In this document: positions 49,281 to 56,084 of the stretch, piece by piece
How the letters are laid out: each line of letters begins with the position of its first letter
Numbering within the stretch: position 1 is the first letter of the stretch
Origin: a virus
Reading direction: 5' to 3' (one strand)
DNA: 64,000 nt
IMG/VR virus record: IMGVR_UViG_3300045141_000130
Location: 9,358-73,357 of that record
Program-made: the position numbers and the translations under genes
Notes under the pieces: generated by a model
Databases searched by the model: none
What the model was told of the DNA's origin: nothing
Seen by the model: only the letters and a program-made list of their open reading frames with translations

Positions 49281-50339
49281 ATGACGAGTACGGAAACACA
49301 GATACGTGCAGTGTCTGACGCACCGTTCGCAATGACGCCGCATTTGTTGCGGATGCTGCGCGAGCGGCCTGTCGGGGTCCAGCGGATCCTGCGCAGGACC
49401 GACACCGGGGAGTTGAGGGCGTTCCTCGACCCCACCGCCGCAGACCAGGGCTTCTGGACCGCCCTCCCCGTCTGGCGTTCGGCGGAATGGCGCTACGACG
49501 ACAGCCGCTGGCTGGCCAGCACCGGCAGCCTGTCGTCGCCGGAGAACCTGGTGGACAACCTCGGCTGGTTCGACGTCCCGATCGTCTGGGCCATCACCGA
49601 GACCCCGTACTTCGCGGAGTTGCTCGCGGCCCGGTCGGACGACACGGTGCTGGTGATGGGTGACCCGCGGGACGGCGAACTGCGGTGCTACAAGGAGCGG
49701 AACTGGGACGAGTACCCCGCCCAGAGCGGCTGGCAGGCGTGGCCGACCGTCCGCGATCCCCTCAACCGGTCCTACGGCCCGGATCTCAACTGGCTGACCC
49801 ACAACTTCGGCGCCGTCTCCCTGCAGCAGGTCAAGGACGCCGGTTTCATCAAGGTGTGGGAGAAGGCCGAGGAGAACCCCATCCTCGTCGAGGTCAACCC
49901 GGAGGTGAACCGGCTGCAACTGCGCATCACCGACCTGGAGTCCACCCTGGCCACTCTGCGCACCCAGAACCAGACGCAGCAGCGGCGCCTGGAGCAGATG
50001 TCCAACGACCACGAGCGGTTCAAGGAGTTGGTGTCCTCCACCGCCACCAAGTACGCCCGGCGGCACGACTGGTGCTCCGTCGTCGACGAGGCGCTGGAGG
50101 AGATGGGACTGGAGAGGGAGCCGGTCAGCTTCAGCGGGGTCATCAGCGTCCGCATCAACTTCACCGCCAACCGCACCGACGGTGAACGTGGCACCCCGAA
50201 CGCCCGTGACGTCAACCGCTGGCTGTACGGCGAGGATGACGTGCGTGAAGCCATCGGCGAGAACCTCAGCCTCGACGAGGATTACGCCGGTGACTTCGAG
50301 ATCGACAGCTACAGCTTCGAGGTCATCTCCACCTCGTAG
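49281..50339 (+). CDS. Hypothetical protein (Trp-rich N-terminus, coiled coil)
   Basis: Start MTSTETQIR after GGGAGA. 352 aa. Confidence 0.72.
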   Translation: MTSTETQIRAVSDAPFAMTPHLLRMLRERPVGVQRILRRTDTGELRAFLDPTAADQGFWTALPVWRSAEWRYDDSRWLASTGSLSSPENLVDNLGWFDVPIVWAITETPYFAELLAARSDDTVLVMGDPRDGELRCYKERNWDEYPAQSGWQAWPTVRDPLNRSYGPDLNWLTHNFGAVSLQQVKDAGFIKVWEKAEENPILVEVNPEVNRLQLRITDLESTLATLRTQNQTQQRRLEQMSNDHERFKELVSSTATKYARRHDWCSVVDEALEEMGLEREPVSFSGVISVRINFTANRTDGERGTPNARDVNRWLYGEDDVREAIGENLSLDEDYAGDFEIDSYSFEVISTS

Positions 50340-50420
50340 TGCGCTACGCAGTAGCAGCCCCCCTGCCACCCGGCAGGGGGGCTTCCTTGTCCGCAAAAAC
50401 ACCTGAAAGGTGGTTCTGCT

Positions 50421-51041
50421 GTGCCAGACGTCGACGACGAAGACCCGTCACGACACACGTACGAGAGCCGGGAGATGGCCGAACGGGAACTGGCGGGCTG
50501 GTTCCCGCCGTCGGTCCCCGAGGAGGCCAAACCGGAACTCATGCGCATCGCCATCGTCGAACACCCCGGGCAGGAACCCCTGCGCACCCTGTGGAGCATC
50601 CACCCGGAGTTCGTCTACCTGACGAACCCCGAACTGTGGATGCTCGTCACCTGGATCACCGGTGACGAGCGTTCCCGCGGCAGCCTCCGCGGGATACCGC
50701 TGCTACTGGTCCAGCTGGCAGCGCTGCGCGATCACCATGTCGCGCTCATCGGGCAACTCAACGAACTGACATCCAACCAGGAGGCAAACACCATGACCGA
50801 ACCCATCAACGTCGACCCCAGCACCGTGATCCATCAGGGAACGATCAGCATCGCCATCGACTTCCGGGCAACCTTGGCGCCCACCGAGTTCCTGGAGGGC
50901 GACGACATCGAGGAGGCGCTGAACAAGTTCGCCGACCTGGAGGCGATCAAGAACGCCATCAAGGCCGCTCCCCGGCTCGACGGCATCTCCATCGAGAGCA
51001 TCTCGTTCGGTGCTCAGGTGGCCAGCTTTTTGACCAGCTGA
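50421..51041 (+). CDS. Hypothetical protein, with a strong internal in-frame start at 50793
   Basis: GAAAGGTGG before GTG 50421. AGGAGG before ATG 50793. Confidence 0.55.
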   Translation: MPDVDDEDPSRHTYESREMAERELAGWFPPSVPEEAKPELMRIAIVEHPGQEPLRTLWSIHPEFVYLTNPELWMLVTWITGDERSRGSLRGIPLLLVQLAALRDHHVALIGQLNELTSNQEANTMTEPINVDPSTVIHQGTISIAIDFRATLAPTEFLEGDDIEEALNKFADLEAIKNAIKAAPRLDGISIESISFGAQVASFLTS

Positions 51042-51047
51042 CCTTCT

Positions 51048-51218
51048 GACGTGGCCAGGGCTTGGCAAGCCGTGGCGGGGTCGGGTCGGCCGTGGCGTGG
51101 CTAGACAGGGCCGGGTTTGGTGTGGCTCGGAATGGTGCGGCGAGCCAGGGTTCGGCTCGGCATGGCATGGCCGGGTTCGGTGAGGTATGGGGCCCCCCAG
51201 CCTTCGGGCTGGGGGGCC
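51048..51218 (+). repeat. GGY-NN pentamer array 4 (~28 units) plus cUUCGg hairpin; putative guide RNA
   Basis: GACGTG GCCAG GGCTT GGCAA...GGTGA GGTAT GG, then GGCCCCCCAGCC-TTCG-GGCTGGGGGGCC. Confidence 0.93.
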
Positions 51219-51240
51219 ATCCTCGTCGCAGGGGGGTTGC

Positions 51241-51429
51241 GGCGAGGCTGGCTGAGGCGCGGCGCGGCGGGGCAGGGTCCGGCTTGGCCAGGCATGGCTG
51301 GGCGAGGTTGGGTGTGGGGTGGTTAGCCGAGGTCCGGCGCGGCTGGCTGGGGTTCGGCGGGGTGGGGCTTGGTCTGGCGTGCCCAGGCACGGTGAGGTAT
51401 GGGGCCCGCCACGGGGGGTGTGGCGAGCC
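51241..51429 (+). repeat. GGY-NN pentamer array 5 (32 units) plus hairpin; putative guide RNA
   Basis: GGCGA GGCTG...GGTGA GGTAT GG, then GGCCCGCCAC...GTGGCGAGCC. Confidence 0.92.
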
Positions 51430-51431
51430 AT

Positions 51432-51789
51432 GGATAGGACTGGCAAGGCTGGACCTGGCGGGGCAAGGTCGGACAGGGCAAGGCGTGGCCTGGTGCGGCT
51501 GGGTTAGGCACGGCCTGGTGCGGCTAGCTTCGGCGGGGCGTTGGCTCGGCATGGCCTGCCGTGGAAAGGTTGGCCGAGGCAAGGCGTGGCAAGGCGCGGC
51601 GAGGTGAGGCCTGGCAGGGCAGGGCGCGGCGAGGCGGGGCAGGCCACGGCGGGGCGAGGTGTGGTCAGGTTCAGGTGGGGTCTGGGTCTGGCGTGGCAGC
51701 GGCTGGGCCAGGCCCGGTTTGGCCAGGCGCGGCGTGGTATGGGCCGCCCGTAAGTCCTTAGCCGCCGGATGCGGCTAAGGCCGGGCGGC
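51432..51789 (+). repeat. GGY-NN pentamer array 6 (~61 units, four 6-nt units) plus UAAGU-bulged hairpin; putative guide RNA
   Basis: GGATA GGACT GGCAA...GGCGT GGTAT GG. Hairpin 51743-51789. Confidence 0.9.
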
Positions 51790-51814
51790 GAAACAAGTCT
51801 TCCTTCCAATCTCA

Positions 51815-51937
51815 GGCTAGGCATGCCGAGCACAGGCATGGCCTGGATAGGTGCGGCGCGCTGCGGTTGGCCGTGGCTCGGCAGGGAAAGGCTTGGCAAG
51901 GCGAGGTATGGGTCCCCAAGGAGAAGCCTTGCGGGAC
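51815..51937 (+). repeat. GGY-NN pentamer array 7 (19 units) plus hairpin; putative guide RNA
   Basis: GGCTA GGCAT...GGCGA GGTAT GG, then GTCCCCAAGG-AGAAG-CCTTGCGGGAC. Directly upstream of the RAMP gene. Confidence 0.9.
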
Positions 51938-51956
51938 AAGAACAAAGGAGCACGCC

Positions 51957-52640
51957 GTGGTTACACGGAGCCGCAGTACCGCAGTGAAGCCGGACCCGGA
52001 GCCGAACGCTCTGGACGGTGATGTGAGCGACTCGGGCAACGCCACGTACGAGGCCAACCGGCCCTTCCGGGCGGCCGTCGAGATCACCGGCGACTCGGTG
52101 ATCCTGTTCCACCGTTGGCAGTCCGACGCGGTCGACGCGAAGGCCGCTGCCGCCAAGGGGTCCCGAGCGAAGAAGACCGATGATGTTGATTCTTACGTTT
52201 GGGAGAACGAGAACGGGGTGCTGTGCCTGCCCGGCGAGTACCTGCGTTGCTCGCTCACCAACCCGCAGAACGGTGCCGCGAAGTACCTTCAGGACCCGCG
52301 GTCCCCCCGCAAGTCGGCCTTGGATTTGTTCAAGGCTGGTGTTGTCAGCCTCACCGACCTGGCCCCGATCACCAAGGCGGACGGCACACCGGCCGAGGGC
52401 TGGGACCACCTGGACCGCCGCCGCGTGGTGGTGCAGAGGTCGGGCGTCACCCGCTCCCGGCCCGCATTCGCCACCGGCTGGAAGGCGGAGATCATTTTGA
52501 TGTCTCTGCTGCCTCAATACATCAGCCCGTCATTGCTGCGGACGACGCTGTCCGACGCTGGGAAACTCGTTGGGGTGGGCGACTTCCGGCCCACCTTCGG
52601 CCGGTTCAGCGTCACGAAGTTTGAGGTCCTCCAGGACTAG
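51957..52640 (+). CDS. Stand-alone RAMP/Cas7-like RNA-binding protein (putative effector of the GGY-NN arrays)
   Basis: GTG after AAAGGAG, 227 aa. N-terminal strand AAVEITGDSVILFH. GVLCLPGEYLRCSL resembles the Cas7-group IPGSSxKG motif. Basic thumb-like DRRRVVVQRSGVTRSRP. C-terminal Gly-rich loop AGKLVGVGDFRPTFGRFSV. Confidence 0.78.
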   Translation: MVTRSRSTAVKPDPEPNALDGDVSDSGNATYEANRPFRAAVEITGDSVILFHRWQSDAVDAKAAAAKGSRAKKTDDVDSYVWENENGVLCLPGEYLRCSLTNPQNGAAKYLQDPRSPRKSALDLFKAGVVSLTDLAPITKADGTPAEGWDHLDRRRVVVQRSGVTRSRPAFATGWKAEIILMSLLPQYISPSLLRTTLSDAGKLVGVGDFRPTFGRFSVTKFEVLQD

Positions 52641-52901
52641 GCGAGGCTGGGCTGGGCATGGCGCGGCTGGGCGCGGCAAGGCCTGGCTAGGAATGGCAAG
52701 CCGGGGCGCGGCTAGGCGAGGCTGGGCGGGGTCAGGTGGGGCTAGGTTCGGCGTGGCATGGCGAGACATGGCTCGGCTGGGCAAGGCGTGCCTTGGCAAG
52801 GCGCGGCGCGGCTGGGAAAGGCAAGGTCGGGTGGGGCCTGGCGAGGTCCGGCCGGGTATGCCGAGGCTCGGTGAGGTATGGGTTTCACCCTCGGGTGAGA
52901 C
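52635..52901 (+). repeat. GGY-NN pentamer array 8 (49 units) plus hairpin; putative guide RNA
   Basis: GACTA GGCGA (overlapping the TAG stop)...GGTGA GGTAT GG, then GTTTCACC-CTCG-GGTGAGAC. Confidence 0.93.
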
Positions 52902-52918
52902 GAGAAGTATTGGCCTGC

Positions 52919-52947
52919 TTGCGTTCTCGGTTTTGACCCCATACAAT
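52919..52947 (+). promoter_or_regulatory. SigA-like promoter
   Basis: TTGCGT-N17-TACAAT. Confidence 0.65.
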
Positions 52948-53075
52948 GGGGACATGCCTTCCGAACAACTGGGCGCCGCTGAGGCGAACACCAGCGGGAG
53001 GCGAAGCACTGGATGTCCGTTGCGGGGTGCAAGTCCCCGGTTCCTGCAAAGAGCCACGGAGTCCGGTTCGACCTA

Positions 53076-53111
53076 GAGGCCCCGCCTGATTCGTCAGGCG
53101 GGGCCTCTTTC
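53076..53111 (+). terminator. Intrinsic terminator-like hairpin
   Basis: GAGGCCCCGCCTGA-TTCG-TCAGGCGGGGCCTC followed by TTT. Confidence 0.65.
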
Positions 53112-53170
53112 GTTGTGTGCCCGGCAGCATTCCCGCTGCCGGGCTTTCGCATTTCTCCAAGGAGGAGAGC

Positions 53171-53479
53171 ATGACAACAGCGGTTGTGAAGAAGGCAAAA
53201 GCGGGGACCGTGCTCGTCACGGCCGAGATGTACGCCGTGATCCGCGAGACGAAGAAGGGCCACGTCAAGGTGGACCTGATGCTCCGCCTGCCGAAGCCGA
53301 GCCAGCAGGGACTGGTACGGCTGTGCCGCCGCACCTTCTACGCCTACGGGCACACCGGCTACCGGTCCCAGGACGCACAGCGCTGGGCTGAGGCGGAGGC
53401 CTGGGCCAACGCCCGGCTGTACGCGCTGAGCACCGGCCCACGCCGCCAGTTCCTGTATCTCACCGGGGCGCAGAACTGA
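53171..53479 (+). CDS. Hypothetical basic protein
   Basis: Start MTTAVVKK after AAGGAGGAG. Confidence 0.65.
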   Translation: MTTAVVKKAKAGTVLVTAEMYAVIRETKKGHVKVDLMLRLPKPSQQGLVRLCRRTFYAYGHTGYRSQDAQRWAEAEAWANARLYALSTGPRRQFLYLTGAQN

Positions 53480-53874
53480 TGGCCGGGATGATCACCAGGC
53501 TGGACGGGACGCCGCTGGACGAGTCGGACTCGGCCATGGTCGCTGCGTGGTTGGGCAAACGGGCGGTGCAGCGTGGCCCCAGGGTGGGGGACCATGTCGA
53601 GTTCGCCGATGGCAAGACCCTGGTCATCGCCACCCGCTGGGGCAGCGGCATCCAGGTCACCACGGGGGGGACGTTCTATCTGCGAGACAACGGCAGGCTC
53701 GTCTGCGAGAGCCCGTCGTTCCAGTCCGTCAACGACCAGGGCCTCACCCGGTCGGCCAGGACGGTGTACACGAAGGTCTGGTTCTACCATCGCGGCGAGC
53801 CTGTCGCGGGCGGTGGGATCGAGATCAATGTTCCTTCACGGTGCTACCGCTCTCCGACGCGGTCGCCGAAATAA
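53479..53874 (+). CDS. Hypothetical protein
   Basis: TGATG coupling. GPRVGDHVEFADG..IQVT.GGTFYL pattern. Confidence 0.65.
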   Translation: MAGMITRLDGTPLDESDSAMVAAWLGKRAVQRGPRVGDHVEFADGKTLVIATRWGSGIQVTTGGTFYLRDNGRLVCESPSFQSVNDQGLTRSARTVYTKVWFYHRGEPVAGGGIEINVPSRCYRSPTRSPK

Positions 53875-53892
53875 TCCAACAGGAGAAGTTGA

Positions 53893-54126
53893 ATGACAGA
53901 TGTTGAACCGCCGCTCGCACAGGTGATCCGGTTGGTGTTGGGGGAGGCGGCGCACGAGTCGACCCCGGAGGCCAACCCCAGGGATCGGATGTTGGTGGCG
54001 GCGACCCTGCTGGTCGTCGCCATAGTCGTGGCGTGGCCGAAGGACCGTCCGGCACCGGCACCGGTGGCAGCGGCCTACCGGTTCGGGCAGGACGTGTGGA
54101 CGCGCCGCGGTTGGTGGATGAACTGA
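53893..54126 (+). CDS. Small membrane protein
   Basis: AGGAGA RBS, one TM helix. Confidence 0.55.
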   Translation: MTDVEPPLAQVIRLVLGEAAHESTPEANPRDRMLVAATLLVVAIVVAWPKDRPAPAPVAAAYRFGQDVWTRRGWWMN

Positions 54127-54182
54127 TAGCCCTCGATGCCCCCGGGTCCGCCCGGGGGCATCGCCACATCAAGGAGGAACAG

Positions 54183-54509
54183 ATGGGAAGACACAGCGCA
54201 CCCGAGGGTGCGGAAGAGCCCGACGTCGTGACGGTGCTCTATCACGGCAGGCATCGCAACGAGGAAGCGAACGCCGCGGAGGCGGAGGCGAACCACCGCC
54301 TGTTCCAGTGCGCCTGGTGCCTGCTCGGGGACGGTGACGGCCGGGACTGGGACACCAACCAGGAGTACGCCAGGGCGATCTACGAGTTGGTCGGCGACTT
54401 CTTCGAGTTCGACAAGACCGAGGTGCCCGCCCTGCTCAAGGCGGGCCGTTACATGAACGCCGAGGGTCTGGACTGGCTGCTACGGCTGCTCCAGGACGGT
54501 CGGCGGTGA
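54183..54509 (+). CDS. Hypothetical protein
   Basis: Start MGRHSAPEG after AAGGAGG. Confidence 0.65.
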   Translation: MGRHSAPEGAEEPDVVTVLYHGRHRNEEANAAEAEANHRLFQCAWCLLGDGDGRDWDTNQEYARAIYELVGDFFEFDKTEVPALLKAGRYMNAEGLDWLLRLLQDGRR

Positions 54510-54724
54510 CCTACCCCAGGAACAGCCCGGACTTCGCCGGGCCTTGTCCCCGCTGCGGCGGGGGTGTGCCCAGCGACGGGCAGCCGGGCGCCTACCCGGG
54601 GGCGCTGTCCCGGCTGGACAACAAGACATACATCTGTTCCGGCTGCGGGCAGCAGGAGGCGCTGTACAACTTCTTCCACCCGGGGAGGCCGCTGCCGCCC
54701 ATCGACGAGCAGGTGCTGGTGTGA
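54506..54724 (+). CDS. Small Zn-finger phage protein
   Basis: CPRC..GALSRLDNKTYICSGCGQQEAL. Confidence 0.7.
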   Translation: MTYPRNSPDFAGPCPRCGGGVPSDGQPGAYPGALSRLDNKTYICSGCGQQEALYNFFHPGRPLPPIDEQVLV

Positions 54725-54888
54725 CCCGCATCGGCAGCCTGCTGGTGCAGGACGTGGACGGCACCGGGGTGGTGATCGTGGACGAGTCCTCCGGTGACGA
54801 GGTGTTCATCCGGCTGGATCGTGTGGAGGCCGTCCGGGACTCGTTGAACCGCTTCGTCGACGCCTACCGGGAGCAGAGGCTCCTGTGA
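54721..54888 (+). CDS. Hypothetical protein
   Basis: GTGA overlaps at both ends, 55 aa. Confidence 0.55.
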   Translation: MTRIGSLLVQDVDGTGVVIVDESSGDEVFIRLDRVEAVRDSLNRFVDAYREQRLL

Positions 54889-55328
54889 GTGACCGTCATC
54901 CAGTCAATCCGATCATCAACGCCGTCGGTGTCTACTCGTGGACCAGTCAGGCACGGCAGTACCCGAAGCTCGGCAAGCCGGGGATCGGCTACTTCCCGGG
55001 CCCGACACCGCACGGAGTCGTCGACTGTCTGCTCTGGCGGGACACGGCGGGCCACCTGCGGGGGATCTTGAACCACTATCCGTTCAACGCTCCGCACCTG
55101 GAGCAGAAGGGCAACGTCAACGTCTGGGTCCAGCCCGGCTGGCAACGCCGGGGGATCGCCACCGCCCTGGTGCAGGAGGCCCAGGCACGGTGGGGCGTCA
55201 ACTTCGCCCAGCAGCGTTTCACCACGGCCGGGGCCGCCCTCGCGGATGCCCTGGACCCGGACCCGAGACCACCCGCGCTCCGCGGAAAGCCGCGGAGTAC
55301 CCCAACCCAGAAGGAGAAACAATCATGA
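54885..55328 (+). CDS. GNAT-family acetyltransferase
   Basis: Acetyl-CoA-binding motif VWVQPGWQRRGIATALV, plus FTTAGAALA. Confidence 0.8.
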   Translation: MSDRHPVNPIINAVGVYSWTSQARQYPKLGKPGIGYFPGPTPHGVVDCLLWRDTAGHLRGILNHYPFNAPHLEQKGNVNVWVQPGWQRRGIATALVQEAQARWGVNFAQQRFTTAGAALADALDPDPRPPALRGKPRSTPTQKEKQS

Positions 55329-55504
55329 CCGTCCTCGATTTCCCCAAGGGGAGGGTGACCGCCGTGGAGGAGCCGCCGTCACGCACCCGGCGGGTGCTGG
55401 ACTACCTGGGCCTGTACAGGGCGGGCGACTGGGTGGCGCTGTTCCTCATCCTGGGCCTGGCGGCGTTCCTGGCGGCGCTGTGGATCAGCCGGTGGGCCGC
55501 ATGA
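55325..55504 (+). CDS. Small membrane protein
   Basis: AAGGAG RBS, C-terminal TM helix. Confidence 0.6.
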   Translation: MTVLDFPKGRVTAVEEPPSRTRRVLDYLGLYRAGDWVALFLILGLAAFLAALWISRWAA

Positions 55505-55848
55505 GCGCGGCGAGGAAGCCGCGGACCACCTCGATCGAGACGGCCGTCAGCCGGATGACGTTCGAGCAGCTGGAGTGCCGCGACTTCGGGCACTCCTGGA
55601 AGCCTTACACCGCAAGGCTTCTCGGCGGTCGCCTGGGCGGCTACGAGTTCACCTTGATCTGCGACCGGTGTAAGACGCAGCGGTACCGGCAGATCGGCCG
55701 CACCGGGGCGCTGGTGAAGAGCAAGTACGCCTACGAGCCGGGCTACCTGATCCACGGGCTCGGCCAACTCACCCGCGAGGACCGCGACGAGTTCCGGCTC
55801 GCCACGGTCGTCGCGGTCATCAAAGGGCTGCAGACGGAGGTCTCATGA
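55501..55848 (+). CDS. Zn-binding hypothetical protein
   Basis: ECRDFGHSW..CDRC..YAYEPGYL. Confidence 0.65.
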   Translation: MSAARKPRTTSIETAVSRMTFEQLECRDFGHSWKPYTARLLGGRLGGYEFTLICDRCKTQRYRQIGRTGALVKSKYAYEPGYLIHGLGQLTREDRDEFRLATVVAVIKGLQTEVS

Positions 55849-55869
55849 ATGTTCCGCCCCAGATGTAGG

Positions 55870-55900
55870 CCCGGACACCCAGCAGGGGTCCGGGTTTTTT
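55870..55900 (+). terminator. Intrinsic terminator
   Basis: CCCGGAC...GTCCGGG followed by TTTTTT. Confidence 0.6.
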
Positions 55901-55928
55901 GTTGTCCCGACACACGAAAGAGAAAGGC

Positions 55929-56084
55929 ATGACCACTGGAATCAGGCTGTTCGTCTGGGCTGCCGCCGCCATGGCGATGTTCATCGTGGCAACCCTCGGC
56001 AACGACGAGGAGCCCAGACCCGTATCCGTCTACATCCCGGATCCCGACCCGGAGATGGAGGCACTGATCGTCGATGGTGTCTAA
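55929..56084 (+). CDS. Small membrane protein
   Basis: GAAAGG RBS, TM helix. Confidence 0.5.
   Translation: MTTGIRLFVWAAAAMAMFIVATLGNDEEPRPVSVYIPDPDPEMEALIVDGV

Noticed and set aside
51432-51491. Array 6 start decoding as YLKWLGKRRKVL, reminiscent of the Dam-type MTase motif LKWAGGK
   Set aside because: The similarity is only partial, with key glycines missing, so no target is assigned.
47976-52901. ORFs in the track overlapping the pentamer tracts (e.g. 48099-48281, 48806-49039, 51062-51607, 50959-51582, 52570-53076, and 5' extensions of 48392, 49281, 51957)
   Set aside because: They are Arg/Gly/Ala/Trp-rich translations of a 5-nt periodic sequence with no RBS. The real starts lie downstream of the hairpins.
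41851-52901. Calling the tracts a classical CRISPR array or a simple microsatellite/G-quadruplex
   Set aside because: There are no 25-45-bp repeats with spacers. The NN positions are highly diverse, not clonally expanded, and decode to meaningful motifs. The boundaries are stereotyped.
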